A DNA stretch of 63,305 bases, filler included. It is 9 parts of 9 records of this genome, joined end to end, with 100 filler letters (N's around TTAATTAATTAA, not from the genome) between each part and the next. Parts side by side here need not be neighbours in the genome. Positions count along the whole stretch, not along the records: positions 25,694 to 39,018 come from SRR7504441_9218; positions 39,119 to 46,355 come from SRR7504441_9222; positions 46,456 to 53,345 come from SRR7504441_9224; 6 more parts are not named here. One strand, 5' to 3'. The notes beneath the pieces were generated by a model. The model had not been told where the DNA came from, made no database searches, and worked only from the letters and a program-made list of their open reading frames with translations. Each line of letters opens with the position of its first letter. Position 1 is the first letter of the stretch. Below, piece by piece: positions 34,501 through 47,439 of the stretch. Made by a program: the position numbers and the translations under genes.

Positions 34501-36875
34501 GCAGCCCGGCGGACCAGCCACGGCTGTTGAGGCTGTAATGAGCTGAGCAGGATCCCGTGGAGCTCAGGGTGCTGCTCATAGGGCAGTACGACGTAACCAG
34601 TGCCACTCACGATCTGGCTGAGAGCTTCCAGCGAGGCCACACGCGCCTCAGGTCTGCTGAGCTCTACCATCTGACTGACCACTGCAGACACGAGCTGCTC
34701 AGCCTGTTGCTCCAGCGAGTCGCCCACCACCTGCGCCACCGCCCCGAGCGTGCGCATTGTGTGCTCTGCCAGCCTGGTGGACGGGTTGGAAGATAGGATC
34801 GCCATAAGCCTGTGTACGATCGGTACTTTGTACGGCGCTATCAGCTGACCCAGCCCAAGCACCAGCTCTCCAAGCAGCTGGGCCACCGTCTCGATCGTGT
34901 GCCTACTCGCGAATATCTTGTCTGGAGGTACAAGTTCCCTCATCAGCGACTTGATTGTCTTCTGCACGCAGCCCATCACCACCGAAGGGTTGAGAGGCGC
35001 CAGCTGCCCAAGGATTGGAACCACAGACCGTCGCACATCCAGCGAAGAGTCGTTGAGCACCGAAGCAAGCAGACGGACCAGATGAGGCCGCTTCAAGATG
35101 CTCAGAAAGCATGGACGAGAGGCTAGCGACTTGAGCAGTGTGGCTCGCAGCTTGTTGCAATTGTCCGATACTCCAACCACGACCACGTGCTCCACCATCG
35201 AAGCCACCAGCTCGGTCTGCGTGCCTCGCCGCATCCCTGGGACCTCGATACTCCGGAGCACTGCGAGAGCAGCGTGGGTGCGGGTGGCCTCATTGCTTGA
35301 GCCAAGATGCTTCTCCGCCAGCCGAGCCAGCTGGAGCCCCGACTGCCACTCGAAAGCAGCTATTGCCTGGGACTGCGCTCAGTCCGGGGCGGCGGCTGGT
35401 CTTACCTGTAGCGCTGGGTCCACATCGGTATACTCCTCGCTTGAAAGCACTGACGAGATCTCTCCTGCGAGCGCCTCCTCTATGTTGGCAGCTGCACTCT
35501 CGGACGTCTGAGCCAGTTGGACTAGCGCCTGCAGCCGCCGCTAAGACCTGGCCGCCGGCGGGATACCTGGGTCAGGTCTGAAGACAGCCCAGTTGCAATC
35601 ATGGACGATGCAAGCATTTCGGCTCTGCCGGGCCCGACTCGCGGGCCTGCCGTCTGGGCCAGCCGGGACAGCGCCCTGAGCGCCTCCGGCACGCTGGGCG
35701 GGGTGGACTTCTGCATGGTCCGTTTATGCTCGGTCAGCCCCTTGGCTGAGGCCATTAACATATCCTCAAACATCGACTCCGGGATCGCGTTCGATCCAAC
35801 CCCCTGCGCCATCCTCCCGAGTGTATCAAGCGCCGCAGGCCGGTCGTCCAGCTGGCGCGAGAGCCGGACCACCGCGTCGACTGCCTCGCGCAGGTATCTG
35901 TTGCTGAACTTCTGGGGCTGGAGCACCGCGAGCTCGGCCGCAAGCTCCATGGCGGCCGCGCGCACGCAGAGCTCCTTGTGAGTGAGCTGGGTGACCATCC
36001 GGTCACACAGGTCCTCAAACTGGTTGGAGATTATGGCCGGCACGTGCAGCGCCAGCTGGGTGGCGCACAGCAGACCGCCGTGAATTCCAGCCACCTGCGC
36101 CCCCGCTAAGCAGCAGCCTAACCCATTGCCAGACCTCCTTAGGTCGGAGCGAGAGCGCCTCGAGTGTGTTCTCGTACATCTCCCGCTGCCAGCGCTTGCG
36201 CTGCTGCGGCCGGCCCGAGGCGAGCGCGAGGAAAGCGCCCACGGCCTCCTTTGAGACGATTCTGATTCGCTCGTACTGCGAGACCACGGCTGCCCACATC
36301 GCGTTTTTGAATGCCTCCAGCCGAGTCCCGACAAACACTGGCGCGTGCACCGCCAGCTCGCGCAGCAGCAGCACCGCGATCCGCAGTTTGGTCTCCCGGC
36401 CGCTGCCCCGACTGCCGTCAGCCCCGAGCTCCTCGACTGCGAAGTCGAACAGGTTTTGGACAAAGTCGACAATGTCGGTCGCCCGGAGCGAGCACACCCG
36501 GCCAACGGTGCGGACAGCCCGCTCCCGGATGTGCTCGTCGCACTTGGGCCGCTGGATCACAGCCCGCAGGTAGGGCAGCCACTTCTGGACGTGGCTGGCC
36601 AGCTCCTCGTTCTCGTCAGTGATGAGCGCATCCATCGCAGCAATGAACCCCGCGAAGGCGTGCGAGGTCTTGGCGGACTGGACGATCTGGCCAAAGGTGA
36701 GCGTGATCTCGTCCACGAACTTGTTGAACGTTTCGAGGTTGGAACCGGAGCCGATCTCCTCCACCGATGTGCGCAGCTGAGCCACCGCCTGCGCCCGGAC
36801 GGCCGGGTCCGGGCTGCGGAGCTCGTCCAGCCGGGCGTGCACCCGGTCGCTGCGAGGACTCACCAAGCTCGCCAT
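28546..36875 (-). CDS. TOR: Target of rapamycin kinase (HEAT-FAT-FRB-kinase-FATC), about 2616 aa, 11 introns
   Basis: [80 protein letters not shown] introns 36095-36134, 35529-35566, 35367-35405, 32647-32684, 32325-32364, 32174-32221, 31751-31796, 30629-30676, 29535-29579, 29163-29206 and 28735-28787 leave a continuous frame of 2617 codons. Confidence 0.96.
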
Positions 36876-37014
36876 GAGCACCGTTACTCGAGTATGCTCG
36901 CCGTCACCAGCTCGCCTTCAGGCTCATTTTTCCCGCCGCTGCCAGCTCAGTCCGGGTGCTCAAGCGGATCTCAACGGCCCGCACATTTTCAATGGACAGC
37001 GGATAAGCACCTGT

Positions 37015-38153
37015 ATGAGTCGTGACGACGGCGGGTTGGACCTGGGGCGGCGGGTGGCAGCTGCCGGCCTCACTAAGGCCAGCCTGGATCTGTGCCTGGA
37101 CGACCAGCGGCTCGAGCGGCTGCTCCCCGCCCGCCCGCCGCCCGAGCTCGACCTTGAGGCCGCCATCCGGCAGGTCCAAGTGGCCCAGGTCCCCCCACAC
37201 CACACAGCGCTCACCCGGCCGACAGAGCCTGGCTGGGGACGGGGTGCCGTGGCCGCTCGCGCAGGACGCCGGGACCCAGGTGACTGCCCGGCCGTCTGCG
37301 CCAGCGGGGGCAGCTGAGGGCGGTCCCGACCCGGTCTACGCTCAAGGCGATCGGGCAAGTGCTCAGCGCCGCCGAGGCACGCCCTGCCTGGGACGTGAGC
37401 GATGCAGCGCGGCAGGCCACCAAGGCGCTGGGCGAGGGGGCGGGCGGGTTGGGGTCCGAGGCGCTAGAGGAGCTGCTCGAGGCCGCGCTGAGCGAGGCCG
37501 AGAGGGCCGCCCAGGCGTGCCGGGGACCGGGCCCGGGCTGAGCTCTGGGGTTCAGCTCCGGGTGGAGGCGTGCGGCAGGCTTAGGAGAGTGCAGCTGAGG
37601 ACGGCCGTGAGGTGCCTCAGTCGGGCGAGACGAGACGATATGAGGCGGCTGGTGCGGCGCTGGCTGCTCAACGCCAGGACCTGGACGGTGCTGCGTGGGG
37701 CGGGCGCGGGCTGAGTGCGGGCAGTCGATGCGGATGGTGCAGTGGCTCACCCAGAACCTGCTGTCCAATCAAAACCTCCGGGCGGGCCAGGGCGCGGCCA
37801 CTCTTCTGCTAGAAATGCTGCAGAGGGTGGTGCAGTCCGGCGAGCTGCCCAACCAGTCGACGCTCCAACTGCTGCGAGAGTTTGAGGCCGGAGTGAACCA
37901 GTTCGGCACTCTTGAGCAGATCGAGCCGAAATTGAGCGAGGATGCACGGCATGATTTGAACAAGCAACACAAGCAGCACACGGCGAGGGCGCTGCACTCT
38001 TCGCTGGAGAAGGAGGAGAGGAACCAGGCTAGAATCATGCAGCTTGAGCAGCAGCTGGAGGCCAATGCTAAGCAGCTGGAGGCCAATGTAGCCGAGAAAT
38101 TGAAGCTCGAGAAGGAGCTGAGCGATCTTAGAACCATACTCGTAGACGTTTGA
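37015..38153 (+). CDS. Hypothetical spliced protein with a C-terminal coiled coil
   Basis: ATG 37015. Several short introns join the ORF pieces, one probably GC-AG (37515-37555). Head-to-head with TOR. Confidence 0.55.
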
Positions 38154-38220
38154 TGATTAAATACCGACTATAATTTTCCTGTACTATAAGGGTGCGAACA
38201 TGTGGCGCGAGCTAGGCTCT

Positions 38221-38732
38221 CTAGTAGTAGCCGTAGCCCGGGTGCCCGTATGATGCCGGATGGCCCGGCGGCCCGTAGCCCAGATTGCCTGGGTAACCGT
38301 AAGGTGCGTGCGCTGGGTGGCTTCGGTATGGAGCCGCCCAGTGGTTGGCCTGGTTGGTTTTGTGGATGTCATCGTGCACCTCGGCCATCCGCTCCCGGCG
38401 CGCTCTGCCGTCCATCGAGATACGCTCCAGCGTGGCCTGCCGCCCATCGCCCAGCCCGCCCCGGCCGGCACCTTCCACTGGGCGGTCTCCAAGGCGGTTC
38501 GTTCCTCCCCGAGATCCCGGACCCGCTTGAGCTGCTCCTGCCGGGCCTGCCGCCGCTCCTGCCGGGCCTGCTCCAACCCCTGCGTATCGATCGCTGACGG
38601 CCAGTGCCCAGTCGGGTGCCATCCGCCGGTTGCACCGCGTGGGGCGGCGTGCGGGGCCATTCTGGCCCGGATGTCGTAGTCAATGGCCTCGATGCGCGAA
38701 CAGCGCCCGTCGAACTGCGTGTGCCGCGCCAT
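38221..38732 (-). CDS. Hypothetical protein with a Tyr/Gly/Pro-rich tail; start uncertain
   Basis: The frame ...ETAQWK joins ATLERISMDG...YGHPGYGYY* through a short GT-AG intron. Confidence 0.45.
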
Positions 38733-38900
38733 GAAAAGCGGTCCTGTCCCCCCACGTAAGCTGGCGGCCCGAAGCGCGCATGGCACACCGCTTCACCGCT
38801 TTCCTGAGAAGGTGGAGAGCTTCCGTCCTTGAGGTGAACCCACGGCGTGTGCCCCGGGCAGCGCGCTTGGGCCGCCAGTGTGTAAGTGAAGTACCAAGGC

Positions 38901-39018
38901 ATGCGCACGTACGCGCCGCCGCATAAGCGGGGAGGTGGCAACTCGTCGGCAGGCGGCCAGTCGGCGTCGGTGCGGGCGGGCCAGCAGCTGGTGGTGCTTG
39001 TGGGGCTGCCGGGGTCGG
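38901..39018 (+). CDS. 5' fragment of a P-loop kinase-like protein
   Basis: MRTYAPPHKR...QLVVLVGLPGS runs into the gap and looks like the start of a Walker A motif. Confidence 0.55.
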
Positions 39019-39118
39019 NNNNNNNNNNNNNNNNNNNNNNNNNNNNNNNNNNNNNNNNNNNNTTAATTAATTAANNNNNNNNNNNNNNNNNNNNNNNNNN
39101 NNNNNNNNNNNNNNNNNN
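39019..39118. other. Artificial contig spacer
   Basis: N + TTAATTAATTAA + N, 100 bp. Confidence 0.97.
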
Positions 39119-42100
39119 AGCGGCAATTCTCGTAGCAAGCTTATCCTTCGTCTCTTCATATGCTTTCAAATTTTGCTCCAAGCCCTTGCTTTGATCGACT
39201 AGCTCCTTGACTCGGTATTTTATCTCATTATCAGAAGGAGCTCGGAGTGCAGCTTTCAAAGCAGCGTCTTCTGCATTAAGTGCTTCCTTATCCAGGACTG
39301 TTGCGTTCTGTTGCGAGTACTGCAGATCTTGCTGAAGAATTGGCAGCAGTGCCTCAGCAGCTTTTGTTGCATTCTCATTCACACCACCTGAATTGATGGT
39401 GGTCTCTAATTGATCCAGTTTCTCTTCAATAGCATGTGTGCGCTTGTGCTCGTCGGCAGCTTCTGCATCCAGCAGTGATGCCTTATCACGCGTTTGTGCG
39501 ACCTCCATTTCAAGTTTGCGCTGGGCCTCCTGCCTCAGCTGCTCTTGCCGTATGGCTATTGCATCAACGTGGGACGGTGCTTCCTTAAGAACCTTGATTT
39601 CGGCTTGCACACGGTCAAGTTCCTGTTGAAGTGCACTGAATTGGTCTGTCGCATTTGCTGGAATAGACTCCATTTTGGCCTCGATGTCTCTGGCCTTGGT
39701 GTTAAGAACCTTGATACGCTCAGCAGCCTCTTTAAGCGCTTTCTCTCGATTGGCAGCTTCAAGTTCTAGTCTGGCATTGACATCCATGTTCTCCAAGGCT
39801 TTTGCTTCCATCCTCCGGGCGACCTCGAGGGAATCCTTTAACTGAGCAATCTCCGCCTTCAGCAGAGCGGCTTGGACCATGTTTCCAGCCGCTTTCATCT
39901 GAGCCTCCTCGCCTTGCAGCTTCACCAGCTTTGTCTGCAACTGGTCTGCTTCCTCCCGCAACTTAGCAACCTTTTCTTTTGCCATCTGAGCCAGCTTTGC
40001 CCTACGATCAGCTTCAGCTTTCGCCTGTGCCTCCTCGAATTGCTGCTTCAGAATGGCTTCCATTGCTTGCATCTGCTCCTCTGCCTCAAATCTGGCACGC
40101 TCAGCCGCCTCAGCTGCAGCCTGTTGCACTTTCACCAAATTCTTGTCTTGCTGCCTCAGCATCTTGACCCACTGACGATTGCCAGCAGCTAGTGCAACTA
40201 CATAGGCATTGAATACTCCCTCTGTTGCATTGTGAGCTGCTTCCACGCATGCATCCTGTGGGTTCTCCAAGTCACCTGGTACTGCTCCGGCTGTTGTTTT
40301 TGCAACTTCCATTGCCATCTTGAATGCTTTAATTGCAGCATCTTTGCTGCTCCAAACGCGCCGCTTCATTGCGTGAGCTTCAACAGCAAAATTAGCCGTC
40401 CACTCGGCAGCAGCTTTGGCCATGCGTGCCTCTTGGGACCAAATCTTAAGATCTTGGAAATAGTCTTCAGCAGCGCGTAATTCAGCTTGTGCGTCATGCA
40501 GCCGCTGTGTCTTGAGCAACTCAGCATTCATGTCTGCGTTGGTCTCAGACATCTCAATGTTCGTGTCATTCTTCTTTACTGGGCTTGCTGCCTCTGTCTT
40601 GAGCTGCAAGATCTTGTGCTTTAGATCATAAATGTGGGCAAATTGCTTCTGGATAGCTTCGACCCGCTCGCGTGACTTGATGTTCCACTTATTTGCATGT
40701 TTTCGTGACTTTTTTACCGCCTTGGTAAGTGCAGCATTATCAACTGCCCGATACTTTGCCAGTTTGGCGGCCTTGAGCATGTCTCGTTGACGTGTCACGG
40801 CTTTCTCGGCTCGAGCCTTTGTTTCTCTAGCTGCAGCAATTAAGGCTTCAAGCTGCTTGTGGAACGCCATGGCCTCTTTCTGCGAAGGCGCATTGTTGCG
40901 AAGCTGAGTGAGCTCTTCGATCTTCTCCTGGAGTGGTAGAGACACTGCACGCAGATTCTCCGAATCGATCGTCTTCTGCCTCTCCTGCTCACGTTCATCC
41001 CTCACCCTCCGGGCCAGCGCTGCTAGCTCGGCGGCTGATCCTGCTGAGAATTCGAATGGCGGAGCGAGGTGCCTTACAGCTGCAGCACCACGATCTTTGG
41101 ACGCCCCAATTGAAAGCACCCGCTGCATCATGTTAACATTATAAGACATTGCTCGGGCTTCGAGCGCAACATCCAACTTGTGCTGCGCTCTGGCATTTGC
41201 ATCAGCATATTCCTTGCCGGCCATCTGTAGCTCGCTTTGAGCAGATTTCAGGTCTTCTGTAGCCTCTTTCACACTCTTCACCGGGATCTCTTCTGGGGCG
41301 GTTGCTGTTAGGTTCACCTGTTGCAGATGTCTGCTGTGAGCAAAGTGCTTAGTTGCGTCATGAACTGCGTTGTTCAATAATGCATCCAGGGCAGACAGTG
41401 GCTGATATGTCGGTTTGTCATCTGATGCCACGCCTGATGCTGGCACTACTTTTTTGAGCTCTGCAATCGCTGGATCTGAGGAACTGCTGACTCCACTTGG
41501 CTCGGTGCTATGACGGGCCTGCTTCTCATGTACAGCTGGGCGCTTGTGTGTCCATGTCTCACTCAAGGCAACTCCAGGGCTTGCAAGTTCTGGTGCCATG
41601 GCAGGTAACTGTGCAGCCGGAGCTCCAGCCATGGCGACATTTGCCTTCTCGACTTTCGGAATTGCAGCTACTTGTGCATCAGGTTTGTATCCAGTGATTG
41701 CTTGCAGCTTCTGAATTGCCTGTTTCCAGACCGGAATCTCAGGCTCTGGCTGTGCCATCTGCTTTGTTTTTGACTCAGCCGCTGGCTTGGAAACATCCTC
41801 ACCCAGCCTCGAAAAATTCCTGCCTCCTTGATCGGGGGCATTCAAGGCTTTTAAGATCATTTCCTTGTCTCTGAGCTTCGCTTCAGCCCGGTCAGCTTTT
41901 GCCTTATCCTTGGCTCTCGTCAATTCGTGCTCCAAGCGGAAAACCTCTTTCTGCCACTGGATCACAACTTTACCCTTTTCAGTTGCAGATAGCATGGCCA
42001 CTGTGGCGTCGCTTGTGCGATTCAAAGCAGAATTGAGCATCTTCTTTCGGCCCGAGGCGAAGAAACCAAAGGATAGCTGCTTGTTGTTGTAGTCGATCTC

Positions 42101-45100
42101 ATTGACCAGAAGTGTCTGCTTCCTGGAAAGCTCGACTTCTCCTTCCCATTGGCAATCATACACACCCGCTTTGAATTTAAGCCTTTTAGGCTCAAACTCG
42201 ACATCTGGGATCATCTTTTGTTCGCATCTGTCCTTGTCGCTGAGCATCTTCAGCTGCTTTGACATCTCAGTGGTCAGAATCTCTTGTCGCTTGGCATCTT
42301 GCCTGGCATAATCCCGAGCTGCCTTCCTTGTGTGCGATACTCCGCCGCTCTGAGCTGCTACAATTTCAATGCTTTGAGTATTCTTAATCTGTGAGTGCAC
42401 CATAGTTTGAGTTTTCAGCACCTCAAGGTTGACATAGCTTGCGATTGCCTCTGGGGTCTTGGGCTGGTTCTCAGACGTCATCATTGCTTCGTCAGCCAGT
42501 ATGGTGGTACTAAGCTTGTCCATGTAAAGATTCGTTTTGTCTTCCACGGCAAGGACTCGCTTGCGTCGCTTCTGAGCCTCTCGCAGTTTTGCATCTGCAG
42601 CTACTAACTTGGCCTCAGATCTCTGCTGAGTCTCCTCAGCCCATCTTAGCTTGATCTCAGCGATGCGTATTGCTCTTCTGAAAGCAGTACGGTGTGCATG
42701 ACCAGTCCCCTCGCTGTTGGTGATCAGCTTCGAAAGATTCTCCCTCATGGCGCGTACAAGATTCCTCAGTGGGCCCATTGCTGCTGAGAGGGTTTTCTCA
42801 TTGGCTAAGGCGTGGTCTCTGGTGGCCTCGGCGCGCTGCTCTAACGTGGTCACGTCCTGCTCGTCAGGCCCACCGTCATGACCAATGTCACGTGCTTGCC
42901 ACATGACGAAACGTGCTTCACTCTCCAGCTTGCTCTTCTCAGCTGGCAGCGCCTCGTCCTCCCACCTCCTCCGAACAGCCTCGAATTCCCGGACCATCAG
43001 ACCCTGCGCCTGATGGCTTTGGCTGAATGTTGCAGCTGACGCGGCATCCTTCTTTGCAATCACTCCCAGATGCACTCGTGCTTGGTTGATCCTCCTCTTG
43101 GTAGTCTGAATGAGGCGATGATGCAGCAGCAGCTCTTCCTTGTTCAAAGCTAGCTCCATGTCTGCTGTCATGCGCTCCCTCTCCACCTTGTTGAGCTCGT
43201 CCTTCAGCACCTTCTCTGCCCTGGCTGCAAGAGCCTTAGCCTGGGCCACAACATGCTCCGATGCCTCTGCTGATTTGACGTCAGCGTACATCTTGTCTTC
43301 CGAAGAATTGGTGTCACCTACTGTGAGGAAGAGCTTCTGACTGGCCTGATAAATCTTTTCAGCATGCCGCTTGGCGTCCCGCGCTTTTGTCGCCTCCCGG
43401 ACCGCAGTATCAACCAGCTTCTGGATGTGTGGCGGTGGAAAGCGGCTCTTTGTTGCTTTGGCTCTCAGGTGCGGCTCTCGCGCGTTCAAAGCCTCCGCTT
43501 CTGCTTTAGACTGGTTCTGCACTAGCTCAGCTGTCTGTATCTCGGCCCTGAGGTCCTTGGCCAACAGCTGAGCGCGCTGAGCTTGGAAGTGGCGCCGCAG
43601 CGAGGCTTGGACTTGCTCCACTCCGAGCTCCAGCGCAAGCTCAGGCGGCTTTGGCAACTCAATTGCTGTAGAGTTGGAATCCTGGGTACTGTTGGCCTTC
43701 AGGTGGGTCCGAAACTGCTCCAGCTTCTCTGCTGCGACTGCCTTGTGTGCCAGGAACGTTGTTCTGATTTCTTTGAGCTCTCGTCCCATCACGGTTCGCA
43801 TGCCGTAGATCCTGGCATTCATCGTATGGCTACGGACCTGCATCTTCATGAGGATCAGCTGGTGCTTCGCCAGCTCCAGATGGGTCCACGGCGAGCAGTC
43901 GAACGCATCGGCGGCCGGGGTTCCGTCCCACCATGTATTGGCCATTACTGCACCTCCTTTCTTTGCAATCACCTCACCTTGATTCGTGAGCAGCACTGCT
44001 TCCTCAACCTTCTGCTCGAGCTTGGACAAGTGCGTCACTGCTGCCTTGGCACCGGCCATTGCCGCCTTCTCAAGCTCTATGGCGGCAGCTTCCCGACTCT
44101 GGTCCTGAGTCTTCTGGTCAACCATGGCCAGCTTTCGAAGCATCCGCTTGATTGACTGCAGCCTGTATCGCTTGGCCTGCCGCAGCTTCTTGGCTGCCTT
44201 CCGCCTCGCCTTTGCCCGCGCCCGCATTGCAATTCGCTTGTGGTAGGCGCTGTTCACTGCTGCAAGCACAGTCGTTGTTGCCTCACGAGCCTTCTCAGCA
44301 GCAGCCTGCCTCAGCTCCTTCCGCAACCGCGCGATCTCGGACTCCACAGTCCGGAGCAACGGCCCTTGGGTCACTCCCTGAGCTAGCGCCCGGGCCTTCT
44401 TCAGCTGGGCTGCCGAATCATGCAGCACGTCGTCCTCTATCCGCCGCGCGATTCTGTGCAGCCCCCAGCGCTCCTCGAGCATCGCTGCCCGCTCCTCGTT
44501 CTGCCGGGCGAACCGGCGAGCGTTGTTGGCCTCCGCCAGGGCGTGCGCCAGCCTCTGCTCGGCGATGCCGATGTCCTGATCCATCAGGGCTTTGGCGTCC
44601 TCTGTGGTCTGGCTTGCCTGGTGCCTGCGGACTGCGGCCAGCAGCTGCTGCTCCCGTTCCACTTTGGCCTCGTACGCCCGGGCCTGCTTCCGAAATCCTG
44701 CCATCGCGGCCATCGACGCCTTGAGCGCCGCCTGCTCGCCGGTCTGCTTGGCAACCTGAGCCGCATGCTGGCGCGCCGCAAGCATGCTCGCATTCACTTG
44801 GCCCATCCACAGCGTGAGCTGCACCCGCCGGAGCTGCGACCGGCTCTCGCCGGCCAGCTGCTCGCGTAGTTTATCCAACTCTTTCTCAAACTTGGCTGTC
44901 ACCTTAAGCTCAGCAGCTCGCACGCCCTCGTCGAGTGCCGCCTGCTGCTCAGCGGGCAGCTTCTCCGAGAAAATCCCGGGCACCTCGTCCCAGGCCCCGG
45001 CCACCTTGACCCGGAGCGCCTCGCGTGCCTGCTCGATCGCCGCCCGCCTGATGGGATCGAGCTCGGTTGCGATCTCGACAGCGAGCTTGTCCATCCGCTG

Positions 45101-46200
45101 GTGCAGCAGCCGGGTTTCCTCGCTGGCCAGCTTCTGGGCCGCCCGGGCACGTTGGGCTTTGATCAGCCGAGCCTGTGCCTCGCGCTCCGACAGCTTGGTC
45201 TCGTTGACTACTTGCTCATGCTGGTTTGCCCTCCGGAGCGCCAGCCTGGTGTCGGCAGCCAGATCGAGCAACACTGACGAGCCCTCGGTGCTGTTGGCGG
45301 TGGTCTCGGCCTCGCGGGCGTTGGCCAGGTTCTGCTCGAGGACTGCATGGTCGGCCATCACGGCCTGCAGGTCTGTCCGGACCTTGGTAAGCCACTGATC
45401 TGCCAGCTCCGCGCGCCGGTCCGAGGCCTCCTCCCGGACAGCCCGCTCGACCACCCGCCGAATCATCGACTCGAGGTCATCCAGCCTCCGCTCGTTCCGC
45501 ACCCCACGTTCTGCGGCCTGTACCGCCGTGCCCCCATCGACACACCCTATCCCATCCACGCCGGGCTCTGAAGCGACCTCACACTTGTCGACCTCCGACC
45601 CGATCGCCGCCTTCTCGTTCGAATCGACCCACTCGACCTTGGTGGCCTCGCTCGCCACGTGCAGACGATGCAGCTCATGGAACGCCCCGAGGTCGGCCGA
45701 GCCCAGCCGATAGCTCTGCTGCGCGTTGACGAACACATCGCGTGCCCCTACAAATTTGCGGTACCTGCCCGCCGGGTTGGCGCCTCGCGGGCCGGGCCGG
45801 GCTTACTTGGGCTCGGCTTGCATCCGCGGCACCAGCGCGAGCTCGCAGCACTTGCGTCGCTCGGCGGCCGCGCACAGCCCGGCGCACTCGGCCCATTCGC
45901 TGCCCCCTCAAGCTCGGCCCCGCCTCGCCGGCGGGCTTGGTACCCGGCCGGATCGGCGCTCGGTCCGATGTCGTCTGGCTCTACAAAGGACACGTTGGGG
46001 GCCTGCGCTAGCCTCCGCCCCGGCCCCCGCCGCTCCCCGCGACGGGCCGCCGCCAACGCCCGGCGGCCGGAGCCCCCAAGGCTGGCCGATCGCGCATAGA
46101 GCACCGCCTCGCCGAGCTGCGGCTGCTCCGGGTCGATCGCCACCACTGCGGCGACCACCAACCCGAGCCCCCACATCAGGGCAAAGCCGCTAAGCTTCAT
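39119..46200 (-). CDS. Giant (>2300 aa) Ala/Glu/Lys-rich coiled-coil protein with a signal peptide, 3' truncated
   Basis: ATG 46200 MKLSGFALMWGLGLVVAAVVA. Two short GT-AG introns link it, via a Cys-rich exon (EWAECAGLC...KCCEL), to the 6.6-kb ORF. Confidence 0.8.
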
Positions 46201-46355
46201 TTGCAGAAATTTTATCCTAACGGGATCCGTGGACACTTATTATTTCTCTCAGCCAGCGCTCTTCCCGTGGCAGTGCTCTCCCCGCGGCCGAAGAGCACCG
46301 TCAACTGCCGTGAAGTTGGGGCGAAGATGGCCAGCCTGCCGGCGGCGCCCACCGG

Positions 46356-46455
46356 NNNNNNNNNNNNNNNNNNNNNNNNNNNNNNNNNNNNNNNNNNNNT
46401 TAATTAATTAANNNNNNNNNNNNNNNNNNNNNNNNNNNNNNNNNNNNNNNNNNNN
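46356..46455. other. Artificial contig spacer
   Basis: N + TTAATTAATTAA + N, 100 bp. Confidence 0.97.
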
Positions 46456-47270
46456 AGGCGGCCGAGCGCCGGTTCAAGCGGGTGGCCGAGGCGTTCGCGG
46501 TGCTCTCGGACCCGCAGAAGAAGCAGATCTACGACACGTACGGGGAGGAGGGGCTCAAACAGGGCCCACCGCCGCAGGCCAGCCGCACGGCCGGTGGGTT
46601 CCCTGCGGAGATGTTTGGCGGTGGGTTCCCACAGGGCGTCCAATTCCAGAGCTTCTCGTTCGGGCCGGGCGGCGGCGGCGGTGGCGGCCAGGGGCTGGAG
46701 GGCGTGGACCCGTATGATCTGTTCGCGCAGCTGTTCGCCGGCCAGATGGGACCGGGCGGGTTCGGGCGGCCGGTGGATAAGCCCGACGAGGTGAAGCACC
46801 AGCTGATGTGCAGCCTGGAGGAGCTGTACACCGGCCGCACCCGCAGGATCAAGGTGACCCGGGAGCTGCTGGACGCGCAGACCGGGCGGCCGATGCGATC
46901 GCAGAAGGTGCTCGAGGTCGGGCTCAAGAAGGGATGGAAGCCAGGCACAAAGCTGCGCTTTGAGGGTGAGGGCGACGAACGGCGGGGCAAGCCGGCTCAG
47001 GACGTCGTGTTCGTGATCCAGCAGAAGCCGCATCGGTACTTTGAGCGGCGGGGCGACGACCTGCACTATAACGCACAGCTGACAATGGCACAGGCCAGTA
47101 AGGGTGTCAAGGTGACGGTTCCCACACTTGACGGCCGGAGTGTGCGGGTGGAGCAGCCTGCAGGCATACGCGATAACAGCAGCTGCCGGGTGACGGGCGA
47201 AGGGATGCCCACTAGGGCAGGCGCATTTGGCGACCTTGTGGTCAACTTCCGGGTGGCTTCAGCCGCATGA
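46456..47270 (+). CDS. DnaJ/Hsp40 class B (Sis1/DNAJB-like), 5' truncated
   Basis: End of the J domain (AEAFAVLSDPQKKQIYDTYGEEGLK), G/F region, CSLEELYTG, GWKPGTKLRF, GEGMP, GDLVVNF. Confidence 0.93.
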
Positions 47271-47439
47271 ACACCGTAGCTAAACCGTAATTACTTTTAT
47301 TCGTACTAGTACTAGAGAACCGGTACCAAGATTGCATGATGGCTGACGATACATCAACTGCAACTCTTGGGATAAATACCTAAATAAAGATAGACCATCT
47401 ACACACAGTTGTATTAGATCAGAACTTAGACCCGCTATG

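Noticed and set aside
28546-36875. Fragmented TOR (and GH36, MFS) ORFs as pseudogenes or frameshifts
   Set aside because: Every break is explained by a short GT-AG intron that restores the frame and conserved motifs.
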